From Octopus vulgaris (lineage: Eukaryota), in NCBI GenBank assembly GCA_951406725.2, contig OX597818.1, positions 107,260,001-107,324,000 on the forward strand: 64,000 bases of DNA. The letters are read 5' to 3'. Shown piece after piece: positions 12,626 through 26,636 of this stretch. Under the pieces are notes generated by a model. It saw nothing but the letters and a program-made list of their open reading frames with translations. It was not told the origin of the DNA and did no database searches. A program made the translations under genes and the position numbers. How positions within the stretch are numbered: the stretch's first letter is position 1; every line of letters starts with the position of its first letter.

Positions 12626-13249
12626 GTAAAATGAAATTCCACGTGTAATCATTGTACTTTCCAATCAAATTATCCATGTACTAAAAAGCACTAAAAATGT
12701 ATGAAATGTTTTGGGAATGCAAAATTTATTGGTTTCTGGCACAAAATACAACTTGTTGGGAGAAGTAGTTAAGACAAAAAAGGGATTGAAGACAAATATA
12801 TCAAATAAAGTACAAAGTACAGTGATGGAGCTTGTCAAGTGGATGTCAGGTGTACAAGAGACCCAAGTTGTAGCTTGTTATTTCAAAGTTCCACTATTTA
12901 TACAAAACTTGAACAAACCTTTAGAAGTAAGGGTACTCCTGTTTAAGGGCCCCTGTTCTACCTGATTGCTTGACCTGAAGCAATACCCAATTTTCTCTCA
13001 AATCACACAAATACATTCTTAAGAAAATGAAGCATTCATAAGACAATGCTGTTATAGGCATTCCAAAAGTTGGGATGGTCACAGCTGAAATATCTTTGGT
13101 AATAGATCTGTTTAAGTGAGGGCTGAGCTGGGTTAAGCCTCATCAACAACATCTGTCTGGATTTCTGAATGTGATCAAACAATCAATGAGTATTCCTTGA
13201 TAAACTCATTCTAAAAATGTGCATCAATGCTACTAAATCTAGAGCACTC

Positions 13250-13720
13250 TCTCCTTTTACTCATCCGGTGGAACATCTGGATATTTATTAAGACTTGATA
13301 TCAAATTTCACTGACCATGTCAATATTTATTGTCATTCTAATCTTTATCTCAGGAAATTAACAAACTTGTCTCTTTCTCGTAGTGGAACTCATTCTCTTA
13401 CTTTGATTACTTCCTGATTAGATATGTATAGTTCTTTGTTCGCCTTGGTAGGTCAAAGATCAATAAATCATGTCCAAAATGCTGCAGTGTATCTGGATCA
13501 ATATAGATCAGAAGATAATATTAAAAACTTATGTTAATGATATATAAATGTCTTCATGGCATTGTTACTGCTGATATTTCAAATCATTTTCATATTATGA
13601 TGAACTTATCAACTTGCATTGCACCTGACCTCATGTTCAAACTGCCAATATACAACGACAAGGATAGTTTTTCTTCCACACTCATCATTTCTATTGAAAT
13701 GCTCTTTCGGTTTATCTAGA
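13250..13720 (+). mobile_element. L2-clade LINE RT C-terminal remnant
   Basis: LITS*LDMYSSLFAL, HVQNAA and IDQKIIL/LMLMIYKCLHGI match the L2 motifs SRLDYCNSLL, QNAAAR and YKCLHG. Confidence 0.75.
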
Positions 13721-13984
13721 TTAATTTATTCGAGAACATGCTATTCAGTGATTTCTTCTTCTCTTCTTCAAAAGTTTGTTACATCAGTTGGCATTCTTTA
13801 ATATATTTTTAATTCTCATCTCAAATCAAATCTTTAATCTGCTTCCAATCAATTCCCCACAGTCATAATTTCCTCTCTTTCCATTCAGCTTTCAGACAGG
13901 TTTGCTCTTGTGAATGTTGTGGAAATAAGTGAACAATAGAATTTAGTTTGCCCTTACCTTGGCCCATGAGTTTTCAATGCCAAG

Positions 13985-14349
13985 TGTGAACCTTTCAGGT
14001 GAAATGACAAAAGACTGAGACACCTGGCACCTTGCTGTACTCAAGAAGATCCGTACTCCACAGCAGAAGTGTAAAGACCAGTCACCCCTGGTGGGTGGCA
14101 CTGACCTGCAAGAGTTCTGTGCTGGTGCCACGTAAAAAGAACCTGTGCAATGCCACATTAAAGTGCCCATGTGGTCCCATGTAAAAGCACCCAGCACACT
14201 CTGTAAATTGGTTGGCGCTAGGAAGGGTATCCAACTATAGAAACCATGACAAATTAGACTGGAGTCTGGTGCCACTCCCCAGCCTGCTGACTCTGGTCAA
14301 ACTATCCAACCCATGCCAGCATGGATAACAGATGTTAAATGATGATGAA
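13985..14349 (+). mobile_element. RTE LINE 3' end
   Basis: NLSGEMTKD*DTWHLAVLKK, then a 3' UTR with GTGCCACGTAAAA subrepeats and a (GAT)n tail. Confidence 0.8.
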
Positions 14350-14539
14350 GTCGCTAAGGCACATGAATAGAAAAAAAAGGGAACACGTCTCCTTACAGGC
14401 ACAGAGAAGCCTCACTCCCCACTTGCTTACCAGTTGTCACATTCCAACTGGCTCCCACCCATGAAAAACTGTATTTGGCTGGCATCACCCAGCACCACTT
14501 TCACTCACAATTCCAGCTGCCATCTTACATCTTTTATCT

Positions 14540-15340
14540 CAGACCAAAATTTATGCATTTCAACAAAACACCTAGTTTGGCTGCAATGATACTCCTGTTG
14601 TCATATTTCTTTTTAATTTGGCATTTTTCTTCTGAAGCAACCTCTAGCAGAACATCACCTTTTTCTGAGAAACCTCATTCTGTTATGCAGCAAGTATTAC
14701 ACCATACAACACACTTCTCCATTCCTTTACACTGGATCCTCATTTCTCAGCCTCTCCTTTCCTCAGCCTCAGTTCCAGTCTTGTATTCCCTACCATAGAA
14801 TTCTACTCTTGATGGGAAAGTCACTTGGCTGGGTTATTTATCAAAATATATTCTATGTAGGAGTTAGGCCCTTTTCATTCTTCCCATTTTCCCCATACAT
14901 CTTGAGGATCATTACCAAGATCTTCAGCACAGGGGTCATTTCAAACCCCAATCTGGTCAAACCATATGTCTTACCCCCGTACTTTACCAGTTGGTGTTTT
15001 TACATTTTCTCAGTGACAAGAAGCTGTGAATAGGGTGATTTCAAGCCAGCTATCCTAGAAGTACACCTCTTGCTCTCCACATACATCTGTGGCCTCACAA
15101 CCCTTGTGACATGCCACCTTGTTTATTAGTTACTGAAAGCCTGACACCAGGAGAAAGATTTTATTCTTTGTTGGCTGAACAACTAACATCAGTGCAAATG
15201 CTGTACTTTTCACCGTTTCCCCACACGGTATTAAAATATCTTTTTTGATCCATCTTTTTACCTTATTCCCAAATTCAGCTCTTATTCCCATTTTTAAAGA
15301 ACCCTTGTAGTACCTCACCACTTTATCATACATTGTTTGC
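14540..15340 (-). mobile_element. Gypsy-like LTR retrotransposon pol remnant (RT and RNase H)
   Basis: EFGNKVKRWIKKDILIP, LMLVVQPTKNKI, VACHKG..TDVCGE, LKSPYSQL, HQLVKY/GKTYGLTRLGF, NSYIEYIL (YIDD position), EDPV and VVWCNT (WCDAS position). Confidence 0.85.
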
Positions 15341-15941
15341 TGTCAAACACTGCACAAAACATCCTTGTCCTCAGTTTTACAAAGAACACTTACCCACTGA
15401 ATACAACATCTCAGCAAAAAAAATTCTGCTCATTTGTCATTCGTACAATATTATAGTTTCCCTATATTTTATGCAGGAAAATTATAACAAAACAGATCGA
15501 GGTATGTATACAATTAGATCTGGTCTAGATTGATCAGTTGTTGTCAGTAATCTTTCTAAAATTGTCTAAAAGTCAAAATGTCAAAACTGCAAGCAAAAAC
15601 CAGCAAATTAATTGTAACATTGAAGACTGTGTTGTATTAGAGTCAACTGAAGACATTTAATTTGCCTTCAATGTTCCAGAGATGAAAGAGGCTGACATGA
15701 TTTATACTTGTAAAAGGATATCAGGCAAAGCCAACCTCTACAAAAACAAAATCATAGCATTCCACCATTTATCTCCAAGAAACCATTCATCATTAGCACC
15801 ATCATTATCCTCATCCTTATTTTAGAAGTCTTTTTATCACACTGGAACGGATTTTATGCTTTCTTCTTCCCAAAGTCTTCTACAGCAAAGACTTTGCTTT
15901 CATATATGAGTAGTAGTGACATATACATATACATATGTATA

Positions 15942-15980
<39 letters not shown>

Positions 15981-15983
15981 GTG

Positions 15984-16062
<79 letters not shown>

Positions 16063-16063
16063 A

Positions 16064-16246
16064 CAGAGTCCACAAAAAAAATGTATACACACTTCAAGAA
16101 AGGAAAAATCTATACAAATATTGTTATTCAGTTCTACTGCAGTTTATTCAGTTTTATCACAGTTTAATAATACATTGAAAGGTGTATCCATATTTATGGA
16201 GGTATTTATACAAGTTTCCTGAAGTGTTTATACATTTTTTGGTGGA

Positions 16247-16287
<41 letters not shown>
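16064..16287. mobile_element. Tc1/mariner-type MITE with TA TSD
   Basis: Left TIR CAGAGTCCACAAAAAAAATGTATACACACTTCAAG; right end CTGAAGTGTTTATACATTTTTTGGTGGACTCT(CT)nG-TA. Confidence 0.8.
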
Positions 16288-16329
<42 letters not shown>

Positions 16330-16344
16330 CACACATACACATCA

Positions 16345-16540
16345 TGATCATCATCATTTTCGTCGTTTAACGTCCACTTTCCATGCTGGTATGGGTTGGA
16401 CGATTTGACTGAGGTCTGGTGAAAGAGATGGCTGCACCAGACTCCAATCTTGATCTGGCAGAGTTTCTACAGCTGAATGCCCTTGGGTGCTTTTTATGTG
16501 CCACTGGCACAAGGGCCAGTCAGGGGGCACTGGCAACGAC
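16345..16540 (-). mobile_element. RTE 3' end fragment
   Basis: (ATC)n...CGTTTAACGTCCACTTTCCATGCTGG...GAGTTTCTACAGCTG. Confidence 0.8.
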
Positions 16541-16588
16541 CACCACACACACACACATACACATATATACACACACACACACACATAT

Positions 16589-16627
<39 letters not shown>

Positions 16628-17287
16628 CATACACACACACACTCTGATATAATATATTAGTTTATTACTATTCACTAAAAAAAATTATCCTGAAGCTGTT
16701 ATTAAAAAACATGTGATTGTAAACATTATATGAAATACCTTGTGGTATCTAATCCCATCCATTCAAATTCAAATTTCAAACTTTACTTAATCTCTGTTAT
16801 TTTACTGGTGTTGGCAACTCGGAATGTTCTGGGATAAATTTTATCAATTCCTTCTCCTCCTGTGAGAAGTTAACAGTTTGTTGACAGCATGATATAAGCA
16901 GAACACTTAGAAATTAGTTCATTAAAGCTAAATTTTCCTAAAATTAATCAATCATAGCATCATTTCATGATTTTTCTAAATGAAAGTTTGCCATTATTCA
17001 TACTGAACTCTTAACTGGTAGATATAACGAGAGATGATCAAACAGAATTTTTATTTTCATTTAATTCTTTCACAGTCACAATTTTTCAAAGATTGTGCTT
17101 CCTTTATTTCCTCAAAAGTAAATTGGTTGAAACAAATTTACCCTCTGGTCAGGATATTTGCTTCCTTCCTATCGAAGGAGATCTTAATTTTCAGTCTTCT
17201 CAGCCAACACAGAATAAGTACTCTTTGGCCCACACAAGGAAAAGCATGCAACTTTTCTGAAGAAATAGCCTACAAAATGCAATATAT

Positions 17288-17580
17288 TGGTTTCACATTT
17301 TGGCACAAGGTCAGCAATTTTAGGGGAGGGGTAAGTCAATTATGTCGACCTCCATGTTCAAATGGTACTTATTTTATCAACTCTGAAAGGATGTAAAGCT
17401 AAGTTGACATTGGGAGAATTTGAACACAAAATGTAGAGGTGAGTAGCTTGCTTATCAGCCACATGGTTCTGGGTTCAGTCCCATTGTGTGGCACCTTTGG
17501 CAAGTTGCTTCTACTGTAGCCTTGGGCCGACTAAAGCCTTTCGAGTGCATTTGGTAGACGGAAACTGAAAGAAGCCCATC

Positions 17581-17663
<83 letters not shown>

Positions 17664-17982
17664 TATGTATATATATGCATATATATATATGTATGCATAT
17701 GTGTGTGTGTGTGTGTGTATGTCTGTGTTTGTCCCCCCACCATTGCTTAACAACTGATGCTGGTGTGTTTACATCCCCGTAACTTAGCGGTTCAGCAAAA
17801 GGGACCGATAGAATAAGTACTAGGCTTACAAAGAATAAGTTCTGGGGTCGATTTGTTTGACTAAAGGTGGTGCTCCAGCACGGCCCCGATCAAGATGACT
17901 GAAAGAAATAAAAAAAGGAATCGACAAAATACCAGTAAGAACTTTGCCTGGGATGCTCACAATTCTGTCAGCTCACTGCCTT
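17288..17982 (-). mobile_element. SINE family B variant interrupted by a plus-strand family A copy (17439-17915)
   Basis: B 3' part at 17288-17436 and B head at 17918-17982 (AATTCTGTCAGCTCACTGCC) flank a complete A-type body. Confidence 0.8.
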
Positions 17983-19479
17983 ACAAAATATTAATATATT
18001 AAGAAAAAAAATGATGTTTTGAATAGTAGAACTAAAACCTAGGTGTGTTGGCTCTGTACTTTGGTTTGAATTTCATGTTACAACTATTTTACTTTGCTTA
18101 TGTTGCAGCTATTTGGGGGAAGGCATAAACATGTCGACTCTGGTTTCCTTCTCTAATAAATATTTAAATATTAAAGCAATTTTGAAATGATACAGAGAAT
18201 ATGAAAGCAGCTTATTCTTATTTCAAGATATTATGACTATCATAAAAACTCTATTCCAGAACAGATTGAAAATTCATTGATTTATTACTTTTCTTTAAAT
18301 ACTTAGGAAAATTATGTTTGTATTTATAATTATTAGCTCTGTCATCTCACCAATGACTAGATGTTTGAATCTACTCATAGAATTACATTACTAATAATGA
18401 TAATAAATTCATAATACTGGTCTCTCTCTTTTACTGAGAGATATCATTCTAAGGTTAAAGACATAAAATTTATTTTATTCCACAATATGTAAATGACATT
18501 GCATGTGAGAAGCTTCAACTATTTCAAATAGCCATATTCAATATATATATTAAAACATCGAAATATATAGAACTTTAAAAAGAAGGAAAGAAGTAAGAAA
18601 AACATGACTTACTATTTGCTACATAATAACACTTTTTAGAATTTGAAGAGAATTCTTGGCAAATGAACAGTTTTCTTCAAGAAAGGAGGCTTTGCTTGTA
18701 AGCCACTTTTGTCCTGATAAAATTGTCTACTGGTGATTATAATTTCAGCTAAACACAAATATTTTCATATCTAACTGATGTTATTCAATTATTCAATGAG
18801 TTTCTGACTATTAACTTAGTTTCATAGAAATTGGTCAACACATTTTACTTCATAATTTATTGTCCGAACAAAAATACTGTGACAACTCGATCAAATTTCT
18901 GGTTCACTGTTCAATACAGAGAGAAGAAATGGCCCAACCTACGATAAATCTCCATTACTATGGAGAGGAAATTTAATTTGTATCTACATACATTAGTATG
19001 TAATTGTATTTAGCTAAGAATGACTAGCGTTTTTCTCTCCATTTCTGCCAGAAGAGGAAGAAGAACAAATCGTATTTGTGCTAGTTGAATATAAAGAAGA
19101 AAAAGAAATCACAACAATTGGAAAGGAATAAGAGGAATTGGAAAAGAAATTAGATGAAGGTAAAAAGAAAAAGCAGGAATATGAAAGAGGAAAAAAATAT
19201 ATTAGTTCCTGTATGATTAATAATGATGATGATGATTATGATGACGATGATGAGGGGGAGGAACAGGAGGGGAATTTCTTTTATTTGCCACAAGGGTGAT
19301 GTATGAGGAGGATGTTGCACAAACAGGTTGCAAAAACTGTTTTGAGTTATGCACACAGAAATGGAAAGAATAGGGTAGAGGAAATAAAAGTATACAATTT
19401 TGTTTTTAATCTACTCCGTATATGACCTTCACCTAATGACAACCAAGGAAACACACAGATCAAAGATGACCCTGATAAC

Positions 19480-21240
19480 CAAGGGTAAGAGGCCACTTCG
19501 ATCTGTTACTTCTCGGGTTCGTTCACTTGGGCCGTATTTGCAACTTTTATCATTTGATAAAGTTACTGGGGGCTAACATCTCCTTCTCCAACCACATTTT
19601 CCTCTGCAAAGGGAAACATGAAAAGTTGACAAGGGCCTGAACAACAAAAAAAAAAAAAAGCATCGTTTTTCACTCCTTTCAATCTTGTTCACCACATAAC
19701 TTCCTTCACCATGGCCATTAAACAGAGGAAAGCTGCTTTCCTTCTTGGACCAAGCAGAGTCATCTGACAGCTGAAACTATGTAACATCTGATAACAATTT
19801 TTCCAACAAATATTTTCAAATATTTGTAGAATAGTTCTCTTGCATCTCTTACAGTCCTAATTAATGACACCTCCATGGTTGTAGAGTTTGTCTGAACCCA
19901 GCAATGCCTCTAGTTTAATTACGAGCCAAGATTTTCAGGAAATTATCCATGGTTTCTGAGCCAGAAGCTTTTCAAAATAAACTTGTCAGTTGGCTCTCTG
20001 AGTTTTGCTGAGAAGGTTGTTACTCTTGCCCGCTTCTAGTCCCTTATACAATGTTAATGGATAAATTCCACCTGGTGCATTGCTAGACTGGTGTAACGCT
20101 ATGAGTACCTGGAAACATCCCAGATATCAGAATGCCAAAGTCATCACTTGACCAAAGACTGCAGCTCCATTAATGAGACAAGCCGTAGAGAAGTGTGCCT
20201 CACAAAAATACAACCACACTTGCAGAGGTATCTGTGTAGGGGGCCACAACACATGTCTACACATCCTAAATCATTTCATGCCATCTCTCCTCACCCTTTC
20301 AGTTATAAATTCCTTTCAGTCCATTTCTGGGTGACACTGACCACCCTGTTTGTGACCTCATCTCAATCTTACCCACTTAGAGGTCTGAACTGAACAACTA
20401 TACAAATAACTTAATGATGGTACTACATAGCATGGACTTGCTTCCCCTGGTACTGAGATACCAGGTAACCACCATCTTGTTTAGGTTAAAATATGATCCT
20501 GACTTCCTTAAAATTCCTTTAGAATGACACCATTCATCTTATTTACTGCTATATCATCCAATGCTGTTATGGTGACATCTACATATGTCCAACATGACAT
20601 TCCTGCATCACAGTTTCTATCAACAGCTTTGGTTTCTGTTTTAATGGCTTGAGTTACTACACACCAAAGTGATGAGAAGGGACACTCTTTGCAGACTGAA
20701 TTTATGATTGAAAATGGTTGAAATATGGCTTACGTGCCAAACAAATTCTATTGTAGACTGAGGTGATTGAGCCCTTGAAAATGTAGCCAGAGTCAGTTGC
20801 CTTCAAGTAATGATGATCAACCCTGTCAAAAGCTTTTAATTGATCCAAATTAATTAGAGTCTCAAAGTCATCCTCTCTACAATACCCTGCATGATAAAGA
20901 AGTTATCATGGCTAACTCTCCTGACGATTACTCAAGTGTACACTTCCTCAATCCCCCTTCCAATGACAAGCATCATTTTCAACCCTGAAAACTCCTTTGC
21001 TAGAATCTCAGCCAAAATCTTAAAATTTGCATTCGGTGGAGTTATTAACCAGAAATAATCAATTGTGTCCCCTTTCTGCTACCACTTCTTAGTTCAAAAA
21101 CTTGGAATTCTCTTGCTTTGCTGCCATTGCAGTGGACATTTCTCAAATCATCGGTGAACAAGTTTGGCATATATGAGTAACAGACTTCGTGGAATAGACC
21201 TCATCCTCAGTTTTTACTGCCCAACCCAACACACCTTATT
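19480..21240 (-). mobile_element. Tx1/L1-clade LINE ORF2 pseudogene
   Basis: GLFHEVCYSYMPNLF, ITPPNANFKILAEILAK, LINLDQLKAFDRVDH (~20813-20857), CKECPFSSL (RQGCPLSP position) and ALDDIAV (YADD position). Confidence 0.9.
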
Positions 21241-22653
21241 AAGAACAGGCATTGGACTGCACATCCTCTAGGAATCCCTTCAGTTATTCTTTTGTAACTC
21301 TAATGTAATCTCCTCTGGGTTACACAAAACAATCCTCATTTGTAAGTGTTTGAAAAGTTTAACAAAATTATTTTAAACTGAAATTAACAGATTTTTTACT
21401 ACATCTTGTTTGAAAATTTTCAACCAAATCAGTTTATTTCTAATTTATATCTGATCCCTGTTTGTTGGATTGAAAGTTTCCCCTGAGATATTATGTACAT
21501 TAATGATTTCTTCATTGCCATTTCTAATAACATAACTCTTCACTCTTTCTTAACCACAAATGTCATTAATACACAATCTAAACACCCCAAGCTGGTTCTT
21601 AACTGATCATAAACCTTCAGAACGTTCTTCAAAGGAAACAGGACAATGGGAAAGATAACAGCAGAAAAGATTATAACTACATCTTTCAAAGAAATAGTTT
21701 TGCATTTTCTCTACTTGTGAACAACTTCAGAATTGCTTCAGTTTGTTGTAATTGTCTCTCACAGCAATCTCATATATTTATATAATATTGCTAAAACTGC
21801 CCCAAAGAGACTAAACTCCCACTTTAAGTCTAGAAAATACTTCACCTTATATCAGTGGCAGATTCTACAAAGCACTAGAGCCGTTCACATTAGAGTAGTG
21901 CTGCTTTCATATCAGTGATGAAGCAACTACTACACCCCAAGATAACTTAGACTACATCCATGTGGAACCAGGAGTCGTCTCTGGTAGGTTGCTATAAAAG
22001 CGCTTAACAGCTTCTCAGTATCAATATCAGGTTAGCCAGTGATCATTTGTTTTGAAGCAAATAGTCATAAGATTGCCCTGACCAAGCAGACCTACTCCTT
22101 ACTGTGTCTTCCTATTTAGGATGCATGTTAAAGGAAACTTAGCTGCTGTTTCTAGCAAGCTAAGAAACTATTCAGAGATTCCCTCATTGGTTCATTGGTG
22201 TTGAGGAGATTTATTCTTTTGTTGAGTCTCATTTCATCTTTGATCCAACAAACCTAGAATCAAAGAAATTTCAACTGAAACAATTCCATTGTTTATTTTA
22301 ACAGGGATCGTGTACCTATGACTACATTATCAAGAGTGTCTTCCCAATTTTTTAAGTTGATAGAGTGTATGGTGACAAAAATTTAGCTGCTATTTCTATC
22401 TGATCTAGTTGCCACATAGAAGCTGCCTCTGTTGCAGAAATGATTTCACAATCATTAGCATCACTTATTTCTGCTCAAGAGTCTTTACTTCAGCCAACCA
22501 TGAACTACCGACTGGCAGCTAGTGTTTATCACGACCAATCAATGTCAGCTACTACCAATATTTTGTGGACAAATTAACAAGTCTTGTACTTCTTACCATT
22601 CACTATCTATATCCTTCCCTGTTACCAAATTATTTCACCAACAGCTCTCTGTG

Positions 22654-22750
22654 TTAACCCATTAAGTCCCACTGTCCTAGAAATAGGACACTAAATGAGA
22701 ACATTAAATAAGCTGTATCACATTGTTTCCGTGTCCTATTTATAGGACAT
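22654..22750 (+). mobile_element. piggyBac-like terminus
   Basis: TTAA-CCCATTAAGTCCC followed by two imperfect palindromes, TGTCCTAGAAATAGGACA (22673-22690) and TGTCCTATTTATAGGACA (22732-22749). No partner end was found. Confidence 0.55.
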
Positions 22751-24060
22751 CCAGTATTTCCATTTCTACTTGAAGGAAAGGAGTTTTAACAATCACTTTT
22801 TCCATTTTAACCTATTTTCAATCATCTGTAAAAATTTAATGTACACACACACACAATTTTATCTGCATTATACTTTAGTCAAAAAGCTTTAATCCTTTCT
22901 TCCTATAAGTTATCATCCTTGACAATAAGCCATATGTGTCTAAATCACTACAACCAAACATTTCTCTGTCATTCATATGATCAATGACTAATATTATTTT
23001 TATTTATTTTCCAACAAACACACAGGAATGCCCTAGCCATGTTTCATCCTTGTTCTAACCTCATCAATAAAGTATTGCCTCCTAGGTGCATATTTGGTAC
23101 ATGAATGTATGAAATTCACTTTATTCCATTATGTTCTCGTAATGTTTCTAGGTTCTACTCACTGGAAAAATTTGGATTCATCATCATCATCATCATCATT
23201 TAGCGTCCGTTTTCCTGCAATGTAAGCAAAAGAAACACTTTTCAGATATGTGGGATTCTCACTGTTCGTAACAGTGTATCATATCTCCATATGGTACCTA
23301 TTTACAGCTATGCAGATTAGGCTTTTGTCTGTTAAGTGGCTTTCTGAGTAACACAAAGCATCTTCAATAATATGTTACCCATTTACTGGTAAGTTGGCAC
23401 TCTATCGATCTGGCTGCCTAGATCTGTGAGCGTGAGTGTGCATGTATGTATGTGTGTCTGTCTAAAAAGAGACGACTGCATGCGTGTGTGTGCATGGTAT
23501 GTATGTAAGAGTGTGAGGGTAAAAAGAGAGTGCATGTGTGTGTGTGTGTGTGTATGCATGTGTGTGTGTGGGCATGATGCGTGTGTGAGAGATTAGGTGT
23601 GTTTGTGTATGTGTGTGAGAGACTATTTGTGTGTTTGATTCTATTTGTCTACAGTAAAAACAACGTATAAAAGCAAAGAAAATAAACACTAATAAAATAA
23701 ACAAAATAAACAAACAGCAAAAAAAGGTTTTGTTTTCATCTCTTTTCAAAAAAAAAAAAGAAAAAAAGCTACCATTCTAAAAGAACATCTGTCAAAGTTT
23801 GACCATTTAATCTCTCAATGTCATTCTGTTTATCATATTTTTCATACTTTTTATTCTGTATGTTTTATTCTCTTTTCCCTTGCCATCGCAACGATAGAGA
23901 GCAAAGCTATATAGATATGTGTACATGTGTAAATACAGAAATACATATACACTTGCATACTTGCACACACATATACACACACACACTACATATATAAATA
24001 TATATATGTATATATTGTGTGTATGAATATTTATATATGTGTGTGTGTGTGTATACATAT

Positions 24061-24114
<54 letters not shown>

Positions 24115-24203
24115 GTATATATGTATATGCATATATATATATATGTATGCATGTATATATGTATATGCATATATATCTATATGTATATATATGTGTATAG
24201 ATT

Positions 24204-24255
<52 letters not shown>

Positions 24256-24442
24256 TTTATGCACACACACACACACACACATATATACATATAGTTTCAT
24301 ATATAACTGTGTCTGTATGTTTATCTATATAAGGTTATGTTGTAAAATTATATACACATACATATGTACATACATTTTCCAGCTTTCAAAAAAATTTTAA
24401 ATAATGATATGAAAGATAATTTTTTTTTTAAATGGTAAAATA

Positions 24443-24456
24443 GTTTCCATAGCAAC
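24443..24456. promoter_or_regulatory. RFX X-box-like motif
   Basis: GTTTCCATAGCAAC fits the X-box consensus; no linked gene is visible. Confidence 0.2.
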
Positions 24457-25914
24457 TGAAATTTCTGAGCCTGAAGAAATAGTTAGTTTGCCACCAGGGA
24501 CCTTGAGAAATATAGGTGGTTCCTGATAATGGCAGAGTTTGTAGATATCAAGTTGATATTCCTGATGTTTCAAATAAGAGGGTTGACTGTATTATTTAAG
24601 TCTTTAACAGAAAATATTGCTATAAGCTCAATTTTCTAAAATTATTGGGTGGGAAATTTAGGAGATAGACAAGATGAAGTGAAAAAGGAAAAAAAAAAAA
24701 AAATTTCGAAACAAAAAACAAAAAGGGAAAAAGAAAAGTAGTTTATATTGCTAAAAAACAAAAAATAATGGAAACAAAGTCTTGAACACATAACAAAATT
24801 ATAAACAAAACTGTTGTTACTATGGTACGATATATAGTTTTTCTCTCTTTATTGTGATGTCAGTCACTGAAATATAGCAGACTTATGTTGAAACAAATAC
24901 ACATAGAAACAAGTAAACACATACATGTGTATATGCACACATAATCATATAGATAACAACACACACATTCAAGCATAAACTTATACACACACACACACAA
25001 ACACAAACATATTCACATATACACAAACATGGATATTTTTTTTAGTCATGAAAAATGGTGAGTTCTTATATCAATGCCTATCTCACTGTCATCTCCCTAC
25101 TCTTGCTCTCTCTCTTCCTCCCTCTCTCTTTGTGTCCACACACACACACACACATATGTATATGCATGTATATATATATATGCTTATACATACACAGACA
25201 CACATGCACATATATGTATACAAAGAGAGAGAAAGAGTAATGTAGGTATAGATATACTTATATACATATATATATATACACATACATACATAAATATATA
25301 TACACCCACACACATCTGAGTGCATGTGTGTGTTAGATAAAATGGTGCATGTGCCTCTTTTTGTGATATAAACATGACAGTGCTCACCATACACACACAT
25401 ACAGTAGAATTGTGAAGAATCAGATACATGCCTGTGCATGATAACTGGGATTAAAAACCTATAGCTAAATGTTTAATACAGTCAACATTCTGTTTGGATG
25501 ACTGTAATCACTCACTTAGACAAGGAAACAGAATAAAGGCAAATGGTTTAGAATTCTAAATGACACCAATGTCATAAGCTGGTTCCTCGTCCTATGATAC
25601 CAAACACCATTCATCATATTTAAAGTTCATCAGAAAAAATTAGGTAAAATGGCAGAAGGCTGGATTTAATTTAAATATTTTTGTCAAATACTTATTTTCT
25701 TTAATTAGTTCAGAGGAAGGGATACAGCATCCATTTCCATAGTCCAGCATTTACAGACCAATAATAACCATGTAGTCAAGGTTTCACAGGAATTGAAATT
25801 GCAGGAAAATAAAATTCTAAAAGGATGAACTTCTGCAGAAGAAAGGATTTTGCAGGATGTTGTAAAACATAATCTCTCTGGTTAAATAAAGTATTCAAAT
25901 TTAAACATGTATCA

Positions 25915-26085
25915 TTCATCATCATTTAGTGTCCGCTTTCCATGCTAGCATGAGTTGGACAGTTCAACTGGGGTCTGGGAAGCCAAGAGGCTGCACCAGG
26001 CCCAGTCTGATCTGGCAATGTTTCTACGGCGGGATGCCCTTCCTAACACCAACCACTCCATGAGTGTAGTGGGTGCTTTTTACGT
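25915..26085 (-). mobile_element. RTE 3' end fragment, followed by a tRNA-SINE head (26086-26170, plus strand)
   Basis: TCATCATTTAGTGTCCGCTTTCCATGCTAGCATG...GTGGGTGCTTTTTACGTG. Confidence 0.8.
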
Positions 26086-26212
26086 GTGCATGGCCTGGTG
26101 GTTAGGGTAATGTTCATGATCCAGCGATCGTGGGTTCAATCCTCAGACCAAATGACATGCGTTTTTGAGCATATAAATAAATTCATAGATACACATTCAT
26201 ACATATACATAC

Positions 26213-26279
<67 letters not shown>

Positions 26280-26284
26280 ATATG

Positions 26285-26348
<64 letters not shown>

Positions 26349-26400
26349 CACACATATATATATATATATATGATGATGATGATGATGATGATGATATATC

Positions 26401-26439
<39 letters not shown>

Positions 26440-26636
26440 CACACATACTCACACATACATATATATAGTAAGAGGGGCGATATGATATCCAGGCAGACAC
26501 TGACTTTCTCTGAGTAAAATGGTAAGGCTAGTTCCTTCAGATGGTGCAGTTTTTGGTAAACTTCCTTTAGTTCCCATAAAATATTACAGTTCATTTCTTG
26601 ACTACTTAGAGTATAAATTACAGCACTGCTTTACAT

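Larger units (their letters stand above)
6880..17290 (-). pseudogene. Toll-like receptor relic 1 (LRRs, LRRCT, TIR), split by many transposons
   Basis: Collinear on minus: IFEKL/TVKELNENKN (~17060), GIDKIYPRTFRVANTSKITEI (~16820), HNPNLQIFDISC (~11230), LNELASCSYQQIRLELTANGLQY (~9520), TIR-like RIAIYNSKFMAKSSLV (~7830), SRTTF/SSKW*Y (~7140) and HQTFFKKF (~6900). Confidence 0.5.
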
